This document shows positions 39,392 through 52,000 of a DNA stretch of 64,000 nucleotides, piece by piece. A program made the translations under genes and the position numbers. Under the pieces are notes generated by a model that did no database searches, was not told the origin of the DNA, and saw only the letters and a list, made by a program, of their open reading frames with translations. Each line of letters starts with the position of its first letter. Within the stretch, counting starts at the first letter, position 1. This DNA is from Tubulanus polymorphus (lineage: Eukaryota; Animalia; Nemertea), in the NCBI RefSeq assembly GCF_964204645.1, contig NC_134025.1:1240001-1304000 (forward strand), in the 5' to 3' direction.

Positions 39392-42234
39392 TGTTTCCAA
39401 CAACAGCTCCCCTCGATGTTCTACTCTCCAATTCGCAGACGCTTTAATTAAATTAACATCTATTTCGGAGAAAACTTTGATGTAGTCATAGTTACGCTGT
39501 GAGACCAAACAGACGGATTTGATTGGCTAGATGTTGCCACACGTGATCATTACGTAAATTACTTTTTGAAATTGACCAATTTTCCATTTATGCATAGATA
39601 GATAGATAGAATATTTCATTGCTCACAAAAGTACATTTGCTTAGAGCAAAAAGACAATGCAACATGAATGTCAATACAATACGCTTGGATTGATATCAAT
39701 ATGATTGGAGAATTGTTTGACTAATTATTCACAAAAAGAAATTATCATCAGTCCTCATTTGAAATCTGAATTTCCGTTATCGTCTATCATATTTCATTCC
39801 CTAGTGAATGTTCTGCGGACATTACACAAAACTTCATTATGCAAACTAGCAAAAAATGTCTTTTAGCCTAAAACTTTAAATGAACCTTAGTCCATTTGAT
39901 TAGGTAACGATGGGATTGTTCCGTTTGATCTGATGCGACGAGCAATCATTTGATGATTGCTCATAGGTTTGATCTTGGTGAACTTGGATAACATGTATCT
40001 GCGGAGACACGGGGTGCTGTTCCACTCGAAGAGAACCCAGATCGGATTCCTCGGAAATTCGACGTTGAAAAACTATGAATAACAAAAAGAATCAATGTAG
40101 TTTTTAGGAAACAAATACAAAATGAATTCTTTCGTGGGATACGAACTTCTAATCTTCTGAAGTGTTCTACCAGCTACACAGCGACTTCACGCAAACGAGT
40201 CGTTATCGCTGTAGATCTTGTGAAATTTGTTCATCAGGGTTTATTTTATAAGTCGTTTCAACATTTCAGGTGGATTTTCTAGAAATCACGAACGATCAGT
40301 AACCACTGATTTAAATCCGCTTTTGATGATATAGTTGAAATACATGGAAGCATGTGCGTATTTCAGAGCTCACAATTATTTTGTGTTTTTTCGTTTACAG
40401 ACTTAAATTCTTTATTTCTTTATATTCAAAAAATAACATTTTGCCATCCAGATTATGATATTTGATGTATCTGTTACAATACATGTATACAACTGGAAAA
40501 TACATAGTTTTTTTTTTTTAATAATCCGGATGATACAACTAAAGCGGTGTATCGAACAGAACATGGGCTATATAGTTAAACTCAAGGAAAAGACAGCTCA
40601 TCAAAGATCGGATAAAGTTAACCCTTGGATTAACATACCACTGAGCCAGTTCCACGTCTGGGCTTAGATTTCCGATTAGTCTAAGACCATCTTACTTCAT
40701 TCTAATACTTCTATATTCAATCTAACATTTCAAAACCTGTCGAAAGACTTAACATCATTTTTAGACTTACGACATGACTGTGCAACTGAGTTCAGGAGCG
40801 GGCTTTATAGTTACGAGTAAGAGTTAGTGGTTCATTTTCGATGAGTTAATTCAATCTTAACTCGTAACTGTGGAACCGTATCCAGGGTTGCAATATTGTC
40901 TCTTGACGTATATCTTCTCATGTGTAGCTGCCAATTATCAACCATATAATTTATGACCACATATTTATATCTACATAAATATGAACCTTAAATCCGATCA
41001 GAGATTATTTGTGTTTCGTTTGCTTGTGGTAACTATGTAATTTCATTTGACATTAAGATCATGTGGTATTTAGACACTATACTTAACGTGTGAACAACAG
41101 ACGGAAAATGGGCTGTAATTGTACAATACCATCCTTTCATGTCATCACGATGATTAGGGATGTCAGCATTTCTTAATGTTCATTTACAGATCAACTATAT
41201 CTTTTATTGTCCATAGGTTCTACACCTCGACTGTCTATGTATTAATCAGGGACGAGGACAAGGTAGATGGGGTGCAAAGGTGCGACTCTTTTTGGAGTCC
41301 CTTTAATACTAATGCTTTGGGGTGGGTCCTGGGGACTGGTTACTACGGACCATATAGTCGGTAGATAACCGAATAGTCGTAATACCAACAAGAATGAATG
41401 ATTTATTTACTTATAATATGCACAAGATTATAAACATAATTTCTTTGGATATAATTTCATAGATAAATAGGTACATATATAAGATTGCCCTGATTGCCCG
41501 AGAAAATTAAAAAACTAAGTGATAATCACATACAAGAAAGGCACTTTTCTTGCAAAAACGACCTTTACCAACAGGAAAAGGCATTTTTCTTGCATAAAAG
41601 GCCGTTAATACATAATATTCTCTAGCCATTGTCTATTTCTTAACTGACACAGTGTTATAGCAGCTTTCTAGGGTGTAACAGTATCCATCCATTCCGAGGA
41701 TTGGGTCAAAGCGGCCAACAGAATCGCGATCATTGACTAATAATAATAAGAGGCATTAATAATAAGGCATCCGATTCCTCAAACCGTGTAGACTACGACC
41801 TAGATCGACTATTACTGACAGACAATACAAATAATTTTACAGTTCACTCGAACAGACCCGTGAAATGGAAAAGTGTCAAATATATTACGTACGATTATGC
41901 ACGACAATCATAATGCGAAATTATCAGATTAATCTCGCAATGATCCGGTAGTGAACCGTAACGCTAGTCACAGTTAGGGTCGGGACCTGCTGTTTTACGT
42001 ATGAAATACGTATCACGCTGTTGTTTTGTCGTAGTGTTGTGTCACAGACGGTCTCTAGTCTCTTCTGTGACTAGGTGATCAGAAACCAAGAAAGTTTATC
42101 TACATCGGACGCGAACGAGATTTTCAATCAGTATTCACTAAGCTTTCAATGTGTGAGTATAAAACTTTAATAATCGTTAATTCAGTTCCACAGTGTGTTT
42201 CCAGTCGAAATCATAATCAGATATTTTAGTATCC

Positions 42235-42458
42235 TGGACCCAGTTCCACAGTTGTGAGTTAGAGTTAACTCTGAGTTAAAATTAGTTCATTTTCAATGAG
42301 TTAACTCAGGGTCAAATCTTAACTCCGAACTGTGGAACTGGACCCAGGACCCAGTTCCACAGTTGTGAGTTAAGATTTGATTCAGAGTTAACTCATTGAA
42401 AATGAACTAATTCTAACTCAGAGTTAACACTAACTCAGAACTGTGGAACTGGATCCAG
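42235..42458. mobile_element. Two adjacent about 110-bp MITE copies in inverted orientation; the family is dispersed through the window
   Basis: TIR ggacccagttccacagtt / aactgtggaactggaccc. Related copies lie at about 26135-26243, 40810-40885, 57605-57682, 59580-59690 and 63560-63760. Confidence 0.85.
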
Positions 42459-42765
42459 TAATACTATCTCAGCCTCCTGGTTATTTCGAACAAACTCTTT
42501 ATTCTGGATACGCAAATTAAGGTAACATTAGGAAATTATATGATGTTAACATAGGTAATGTTCGACTGACTGTTGTGACAAAATGGTCCCATGAAACGTG
42601 AATTTGTATTTTCGAGATAAAACCTAATTTCCGTGCAAAAGAAAATCGCGCAATAGTGCAGAAAATTTTCGGGATATTTTGTTTGAATTTTCACTTCAAA
42701 CAAAACATTTCGTCGCTTTTGGAGGATTGTAGGATTTTCTTAGTAGTATTGAATCTAATCACTTA

Positions 42766-43836
42766 TTGTATGATTACAGCGCAGCGATGCAGTCAGAGCC
42801 TGAACCGAAAATCGTGATGACCCGGAGCAGTCCTGAACCCGAACCCGAATCAACACCCGAGTCACAAACCAATACGAGCGATTTACCAATCTCCGAACCC
42901 GAATATATACCTCATTCGGAACCGATTCCTGAATGGTCATTCGCTAAACAGCAATACGGATCTCTATGGGAATTTCACGTATATTTCGTAGGCGTCGTTT
43001 TCACATGTATCGCTATAGTCTCTTTACTAAACGTGGTATATTTAGTTTGCGCATCGAAACATAACAGTAAGAGATATTACATCACTATTGGAATTATGAT
43101 CTTTATTCTCAGTTTTCTTCGAGCTATTTATTTTTACGTCGATGCTTACAATACTAGAGGTAGTTTTCCACCAGTTTGCGCCTATCTGGTCATGAACGTA
43201 GCCGCTCCGTGTTTATCGTGTACATTTTATTTAGTATTCGGCGCCTTATCCAGAATTATCGGACCCAGTCTCGTGAAACCGACTATTTTCAGCAGAAAGT
43301 ACATTATCCTGACGATAGTAATATTATTCGGGATATCGATAATTACCGATGTTATAACTGGGTTAACAGTGAATTTCCAGATATTGGCTATCGCTTGCGA
43401 AGCGTTCTTCACGGTCTGGGCTTTCGTATTCTCGATAGCGTACATTTATCTGTTCGTAAGAATCGATAGACTACAAGTGAAAAGAAATCTGATGGCAAAA
43501 ATTGTTTCGTCGCCACGAGGAGAAAATCTATCAAAATCGAGTTTATTCACACAGGCGCCAGTCGTTGATGGATTGGTGAATTTCACGGTATTTCTATCAG
43601 TGATTTTCATCATGTTCGGTTGTGTTCATGTTTATGGTATATACTGTTCCGTCGTTGTTCTCTACGGAATTCTACCCAAACCCTGGCCGTGGTGGGCTTA
43701 CAGTTTTATTCTCAGACTGATCGAAATGGAATTATGTTCGTGTATTTTATACATATCGACTGTAGAATTGCGCTCTCGTATTTTCGTAAAGATGGCGCAC
43801 GCGCCACATTCAGACGATGCCGCGAACAGAGTCTAA
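42766..43836 (+). CDS. Proline-rich transmembrane protein 3/4-like (PRRT3/PRRT4-type 7TM protein)
   Basis: EP-rich N-terminus, then PIPEW...WEFHVYFVGVVF and C-terminal PWPWWAYSFILRLIEM motifs typical of the PRRT3/4 family, with seven hydrophobic segments. An acceptor attacag at about 42779 and an ATG at 42787 leave the true start uncertain. Confidence 0.8.
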   Translation: MYDYSAAMQSEPEPKIVMTRSSPEPEPESTPESQTNTSDLPISEPEYIPHSEPIPEWSFAKQQYGSLWEFHVYFVGVVFTCIAIVSLLNVVYLVCASKHNSKRYYITIGIMIFILSFLRAIYFYVDAYNTRGSFPPVCAYLVMNVAAPCLSCTFYLVFGALSRIIGPSLVKPTIFSRKYIILTIVILFGISIITDVITGLTVNFQILAIACEAFFTVWAFVFSIAYIYLFVRIDRLQVKRNLMAKIVSSPRGENLSKSSLFTQAPVVDGLVNFTVFLSVIFIMFGCVHVYGIYCSVVVLYGILPKPWPWWAYSFILRLIEMELCSCILYISTVELRSRIFVKMAHAPHSDDAANRV

Positions 43837-43847
43837 TTCTTAGAATC

Positions 43848-43917
43848 ATCCTTACTTACCAGGGTTTGTGTTGTTGGTCTGAGATGGTCAGCTGGAGAAA
43901 CCCTGGCAAGCGAGGAT
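43848..43917. mobile_element. Small hairpin/MITE in the 3' UTR of the PRRT-like gene
   Basis: Inverted repeat atccttacttaccagggttt ... aaaccctggcaagcgaggat. The same terminus atcctcgcttgccaggg occurs at about 33236. Confidence 0.6.
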
Positions 43918-46030
43918 ACGTAAGCGTAGATCGTTGAATCCATTTATTTGGATAATGTATATTTTTTGTACAGTTTCATATTAAAAATGTTCCTCGTAAA
44001 ATAAAGATTTTGATTCATTTAACAAACGCCGAACGGGTTTCTTTTTGGTACTTGATTTTTGAAGAATGAAATTAATTTCAGTCCAGTTTTTGATTTTAAG
44101 ACGCATGATTGAACGGACAAAACAAAATGAAAATCGAAGAAAATTAAGTGTAGAATACAAAACAATTTATTATTATCCCAAATGAATATGCACACACAAT
44201 ACACGTATACGTTTATGCGAGTCCTTTATGAGTCCCACTTCATTTCCCAATATCTGAACACGTGAAATTGAAGTTTAGAAAATGATTTACCCAGACAATG
44301 TTGATGCAATTGATATAGATACATATACAATAATGACGCTGTCTCTGTTTGTTCCACACTTTCCATTTCATGAAATAATCTCCCCACAACATAAATGTAC
44401 TTCTTCATTTGAAAATGATTACAATACACACAATAGCGATACAGTTTAATACACAGTGATTTCACTATATTTTATGTAGATGATTTATATTTACAGAGAG
44501 TGAAATAAATCGGAAACAATCTTGAAAGAGTTAGTAATGATTCGGAAAGGAAGACTTGAAGCTTTCATCGCAGATGATAAGAAAAGATGGTTGCGTTGCT
44601 ATCGCTGCAGATAGTGAGTTACAACTGGAGCCAGGTGGAATACAGATTACCTTTATATGAACTACAGTTTGAAGAATATCGTTAAGAAGTTATTAAATAA
44701 GACTGTTTGTTATATCATCGAGTCTATGGTTATATCAGGGAACTCTTAACCGACTGCGTAACTAACTGAATAGAACGTCATATTACTTTTGAACAGCATA
44801 TCAACACACGATTATTCAAATTAGTCACAACCCACGTCATCATCAAACACGTCTTCAGAGAGAGGAACACAATTCATTAAATGATAAACGTACATTACAA
44901 AATTATGACCAACTAGTAATAATTGAATCTATTGTATTTACTTCAGAGTTGAGGACCTTAAATATCTGTGACCTGATTCATCACAAAAGCGTTTAGACCT
45001 TTTATGGCGCATTTACAGATACATTATACGTTATATAAATCACTTATAGCATTAGTTTTCTGTCGCTGGGGTCAATAATTAATTCGTCCTTGCTATATAT
45101 ATATATATATCCCCATATATATGTGATACGTTCTTTACTAAGGGAAAAATGGAAAAGGTATATAGTAGATAGAGTGTTACAATTAGTACTCGACGGTATA
45201 AACATCCAGTAAACGTCTATATTTCATAGAAAATGTTTGTTTTTTTTGATCGAAATTCTCGAATCATATTGAACGATTTAAAACGTTAGGAATTATTATG
45301 ATGATCGTCGATGTTGAATGCAGTTTTTATCGTGATAAATGGTACACACACTCGTAGAAAGATCTATCGCCAACTTTTTTTTCAATTCTAAACATCCTGA
45401 AAAGAGATGAAAGCATCGATAATAGACATTGATAATGTAAATGTTTATGCAACTATTCAAATTGAGAGAATGATTGGAATTCACTGATGCTCCTCGCATA
45501 CAGTTGAAATGCCAGATAGCAGATATTTTTGACGCAGTAATAACCTTTACAATAATGCTTTTATACATTTATGCGTTATTCAATGGTGAGTCGAGTCGTT
45601 ATTCTGTGTGAGTCGATGTTCACTACGTCATCAATATTGGCGTTTCAAAATAACAATTACATTTGAGAATTTTGGCGTTTATTTGTAATTAAACATATTT
45701 CATGACTATTTTATTCTATTTTTGATAAATTTCGACAATTACTTTTGAGAGGATGGTCACTAGGTCATCTATATATCAGGGCTAGACTGGTTGTCGGTAA
45801 ATTCAATTGAATTATGTGAATCGCTCATTGTTTCTCAACCAATACGGCATTTGTATATAACGAATTAGATAGTTTTGAAGGCAGCGAATGTGAGTAACAG
45901 GTAGATTTGAGAGAGGCTGGAGGTGTCAGTGAATCCCAATACAGATATACTGAATTTGACTTCATTACTGTCAGTTACAATAAATCATAACTAACACTAT
46001 AATTACCCACCATTGAATCAATTAACGAAT

Positions 46031-49000
46031 CTAACAAGGTTTTGTTTTTGAAGCTCTGCGCTCACATTTAACATCAGATCCGGATAGTACTTCACGTGTA
46101 TTCGTTCTTACACCGTTTTGACAGTCTCCGAATCCGGTCCAGTTACCGTACGTACACTGCACTGAAAAACAATCATAGAAATAGCATTTTAAGCGACTGA
46201 TTTGATATATAAACTGAAGACAATCCCACAATTAGAACAGTTTTGGAGAATTGAGTCGAAACGTCACTACTCTCTTAAGCCTAACGCACACAACGCCAGG
46301 GAATCGAGACAGAAACATGTTCTCGAGCGCTTTTCCCTGTGTCGGTTTCGGGGAACATCGTTTCTGAAATCAAGTATGTTGGATTTCGTGTTCCTGTGTT
46401 TCCGTGCATCGTGCATGTTGGGCTTTGAAATGAACTGGCGATAAAGACGTCGAAGTTTCATAGTGCGATAGATTTATCCGTTAATACGTGCTTAAAAAGG
46501 AAATGGAACGAGATCAATGATTGAAATGTTTTATTCGGCCATCCATGAAAATATGAAACATCACGAAATATATAGCAAAACAGCTATTGATCAATGTAAG
46601 AGATTGATTCAAGCTGAACCCACTGTCACACTAGAAATCCCTTAAGAAAAGTGTCGAAATTGTGATGTTCAGTTACCGCAATATCGTTGTCAGTGGTCAC
46701 GATGCCGTTAACACCCGACAGTATGAGTCAACTTATTAATAATTCATCCCGTCGTCTCTTCTAATTTTGGCCTCGGTCTACACGATAGAAATTTCACAAT
46801 CATAGACTCTCGTAAATTAATCAAATACATGAATAAAATATTCGTAGTGACAAGTGTAACGATGTGATACGTCCTTGGACGAGAATCGAGTCCTAGCGAC
46901 TGAGAGTCATCTATCACAACCAAACTGTAGCTATGATTGTCATGAAGCTGTCTCACGTTCATACATCATTTCCGGATGTTAGTCACACACAGGGAATCCT
47001 TGAAACTGTGCGTGGCCGTCACGTGTCTGACGAATCACACCTTACCCGGCCTGTTATACCACTGTACCACATACCACCTGTTATACCATGAGTCACATAC
47101 CACAGCTGCTCCTACACACAGTACCGTACCACGAACCATTATCACGTTCTGCCATGCACTCCTGTGTTATACCATGTTGGACCTCCACCAAGAACCTTAG
47201 TGTCTGATGTTACCACATGTTGAGTACACTATGATCGTAGAGATCAGTGTGGATTCAACCACTTTCAGGACTGGGTGAAGTTGTACCAGGTCCTTTGTTG
47301 TTTTATACAGCATTGTCCTCATGTCCCTGTCATACCAATCAGTACCATACCATGTACCACACCACTGTGCCCATATTAGGTATCATACCACGTACCCATT
47401 CCCCATCGTGATACCACCTGTTGCCATATCAGGTGCGACTATTCTCTGTTTGTTCTGCTCAGACCCTTCCGTTGTGGGTTTTATACTCTTCTTCAAAGAC
47501 CATAAGATCATTATGACGAATGTACGAAACCAGTTTGATCACGGGTTTCTCATCTCTCTACTTCTAGTTTCAGTCGATGGCTGTATTTTGTAAATCACAC
47601 GCGACCGCTGTTATAATTCAACCGCTTCAGGCGATTCACGCTGTAGTGAATTTGACGGGTTTTACTCGTCGTCGATTCTCGAATGCTTTGATGCTGAAGG
47701 ACTTCCATCAGATCTCCGGAAACATCGAGGTTCACGGACGGAGATAACTACCGAAAATAGCCCCGGGACGAAGACAGATATAATAGCATATTCACATAGC
47801 TGTAATTACTACAGCAATCCTGATGTAATAATGGAAGCTAACTATACTAGACTACACTGTAATAGACCCCAGTATCTGATAGACATACACCATACCCTCT
47901 CGTCGCCAACAAAGTCTCATGGGACTTATAAGAAGATTGGCAAGAGATCTGTTTCTGGAGAAGACAGCTGCGTTCATGCAGAAATCATCACGGAAACCGA
48001 AGAACAAAGGGTTCTTCATTAATACACACCTCTTCAGAATCAGAGTCAGAGTCAGGTACTTGGTCCCAGTATGCTAACAGTCAGCGACAACATTCTCAAA
48101 CCACATCATTCCTTCGAGTAATCAGACTGAAGATTGGTCCAAGCCCATTCCATTGTAAAAGCTTACCACCGACGATAAACAAAGCTCTTCAAACTGATAA
48201 GGATAACCGACGAGAATTCATTGATTACATGAAACCACAATTTACAAATTCATATCGTGTCTACGCGTACAGTCTTCATGCAGCAAATGTGAAAGAGACC
48301 GTCAGACGACCTAAATACTGGCTTCAAAATAACTATCCGTCTTTCTGAAACCAATATTCGAATCACTTGTCTCTGAGAAATCCTGTTACAGGATGCAATC
48401 ATTCGCCGGAAAAAAAACATTTCAACGGAATCCAATACACAAACATTGGCTTACTGGCAATGAAATCGTAGCCGTTACCAAGGCAGCACTTAGTGAACAC
48501 ATATCGAACTTCAAGAATGTGAGAACCTCCACGCTAAATATTCTTCTCAGAAATGACATACGTTGAAAGTAATTATCATAATATCGCGTGTGGCTTATTT
48601 TACAAGAGTGGGTTATTTTACAAGAGTGGGTTATTTTACAAGAGTGGGTTATTTTACAAGAGTGGATTATTTTACAGTGTTTTCTGTAAGATGAGTCAAG
48701 TAGGAATGAATACAAGCTGCAGTCAGTGAGAGATATTGTCTGTCTGTCTGTCTGTCCACCCACCTGTTGATGGCTGCTAAGCCGAAACGTTTATGATATA
48801 ATAAACATACAAATAAATAACATTTTATCATTTTGTTTGGTTTCTTATTATAACATTTTAATCAATTCTTCATCTATTCATCCAGATAGATATAATTAAT
48901 ATTGAAATGATTCCCTATTGTGGACACACAGTTCCAATTTACAGTTATTCCATGAAATACTTAAAGACGTCTAATACGAAAGACATGTATGAAAGACTAC

Positions 49001-52000
49001 TATTACTTAAGTTGTTTGGAAGAAATCGTCACCTTTCATGTCTTGAGCTGACCATGGAGTGCTGGGAGAGGGTCAATATCACGGATGGGTTGGGAGAGGG
49101 AATTCTACATGATTGGTACAATGTCCAAATGACTGGCAGTGAATACCAGAGTCCATTGACTTGAAGTGGAAGTGTTTGGACTGGTCTGTTAACTGTTAAC
49201 AGGCTAGAGAGGTAAGAGGGTGCCAGGTTATGGAGATATTTCGAACACAAGCAAGTCAAGTTAAAGTCTGTTCACCTACCTTTTGTTTTACACGATTTAA
49301 CATCTACTTGTGAAGGAGGGCAGCTCTTTCCGCCTGATATTAGTCGCCGAGTTCTCGACTGTTCGTTAGTGTCCGTGTTACATTCCCCAAATTGTACTCT
49401 TTTCTGGTAAACGCAATGCATTTTCTTAACTGCAAAAATTCCATAGAATTCCATTGATTTATAGAACTTAAAAGTTTTATGATTCGAAAAAGAAATAATG
49501 GGAATTATATAGTACGGATAGTAGATTTTTACCTTTCTTATTCGCGCGACAAGGTTTCGTGTCGGTTCGAGTTAGTGGACAAGTGTCGTCACCGGCTATC
49601 TTCTGACGGATTCGCGTTTTCTGATTGGTTTCAGAATCACAATCTCCGAATTGTACTTTCTTCTCATATTTACAGCCACCTGAAAATACATTGAAACCTC
49701 TTATTCCATGGATATTTTACAGATTTGAGCATATATCTATGACTGATTATTATGTGTTTTTCTTACCGTCATCCTTGGCTTTACAAGGTTTGACGTCAGT
49801 AATGGTTGGTGGACAGCTTTCCCCTCCCGCTATTTTCTGTCGAACACGACTTTTCTCGTTCGTTGCTGGATCACAATCACCAAACTTTACTTTCTTTTTA
49901 TATTTGCAACCTATGAAACAAATGGACAAAGACCGATTGATTGTAGAATACCAAATAAGATCTTGTGAACCTTGGAACCAGTTACAAGATCTGGACCCAG
50001 TTTGACAATCATCAGTTAAAGTTTGACCCTAGAATTATTTCTGATGTTTTAATCGTAACCATATTAACCACGAACTGAGCAAATGAACTAGGGGACTTAG
50101 AGTCGAATAATTAAAAATGAACGAATCTAACACTGTTGAACTGTCAGGATACCCATGGGTAGGTAGGTCCCTGCGATGCTAAAATCATGAGGCATTTCAA
50201 ACAGTTCCCGACATAGCCGTGTGTCCTTATAGGATAGATTTGGTTCAGTTAAATTTTCAAATCTGGTACACGACATAGCAAATCTAGAAGAGAGACTAAA
50301 TGTGCATGACTGTGGCTCAGTGGCTGATGTAGAAACTGCCGCCCGCGACGTATAACTATTTTACGAATTATCTTGTACTTTCGTCGGAAACTTATAACAG
50401 GCAGAGAAAGAGAGATGAATTCTCCGAGGAATGAATTGAAGCGTGGTGTAAGTCGTTATTAGTGTCTAATAAGATTAACAGAAGAACCGATAGTATCTCG
50501 CTATATATAAACGGTACTATCTTGTCTTACACTAACATCCTACACAAGTACGAATCAACTTGCTATTGAGATATATTAGCGAATAGGTAATCTCCTTCTT
50601 TGCAGAATCAGAATTAGTTTCAGAATTTCAGGATTTCTGACGCGTCGTTTTGTTACTGTCCAGTTTTCGATTTGTAGGATTTGAAACTCCATAAAGACCA
50701 CGCGTTTATTAATAGTCAATATAGTTGGGACCTACGCCTAACATAGACAGGGGCACATCGGGTCTATCTAATACCTATCTGGATTGATAATCTATCTTAT
50801 TGGATGGGTTCCCATTTCATATTATATCTGAATTTCCAAGTACTTTGCGCTCGAGACCCTCTTAAACGAGATAATCAATTTCCTAACAATCGACTCGCAA
50901 ACGAAGACGTTTGGTTTTATTAAGAAGATTAGAACTGAACCATCAGTCAACCGAAAGAGGATTGCTTTTATTGATCTCGATGCAGATGGTTTCAATATTA
51001 ATCAGGCGTAAGTGTTTTAATTAAACTACTTAACCTGAAGCCGTTATTGATTAAAACAGCGGCGAAAGACGCTTTCGTAAAAAGCATGTTGATATTCGTC
51101 AAGAGCGCGAATAGTCGACAATGAAGCATTGATTGGAGTCTTGTAAAAACGGGAACAATATATGATAAAAAATTCACTGATTTCCTGCGCGTTCGGTTCA
51201 TATACAGTGAACGACTGTATCAGGAGAAACTGACTGTATGATTAACCCTAATATTAGTGTTAATTACAGCAAATGACAAATCGAATCAGTAACACATTTC
51301 ACACTGAAAGCGAGGTTATTTCAGTATACCTACCATCTGTATTGCTATCGACATTGTTACTGCATTTCTTTGTTAGGTTTTTGAACTGTGGACATCCGTC
51401 AGTCGGTCGAACTAACGGTATCACTTTAGTTTTCATATTGGTCACAGTGTCGCACGCGCTCCATTCAGCGTTCACTTTGTTATATTTACATTTTATGCCT
51501 AGAGAAGATTTTCAAAAGATCGTTAAGAATAGAAAGATTTTCCACAGTTACGAGTGAGAATTTAACGCGAGAACAGGATTTACCAGTAAGGCTAACTGAT
51601 TTTATTACATATCACTAGATTTAGCCACTAGTGCATATAGGCTTCATCTAGGTAACTGAGTTACCAGCGACGGTCGCCTCGCGATCGCTAATGAAATCAG
51701 TCAACCTACCAACACAGTACTACCTGTTTTCAGGTTAACACGGTTCCTCTACAACTCTTCTCGTCATGTCGAGTTAGAATTTAGATTTCATGTCAGAGTC
51801 TGGATTCAAGGTAATCCCTGTTGTATCTGACGGACTGTTGGTCCGGATCACTCGACTTTATTGGGATCCGATATACTGTATCTGCAGGGCCAGTTAATAC
51901 TAAATGTTGTCTTGTATCTCTGGGGTAAAGTATTGGATAGTTAACCGCAATAAACTGATACAGATCATCGTATATATCCGAAATGAATTTAATATGTTGA

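Noticed and set aside
47800-48130. Possible retroelement endonuclease remnant in the last PTN/MK-like intron
   Set aside because: Only a vague resemblance, with no complete motif recognisable.
51724-51881. AG/GT-bounded segment inside the PTN/MK-like gene considered as an extra exon
   Set aside because: It has an in-frame stop in the required phase and no cysteine pattern.
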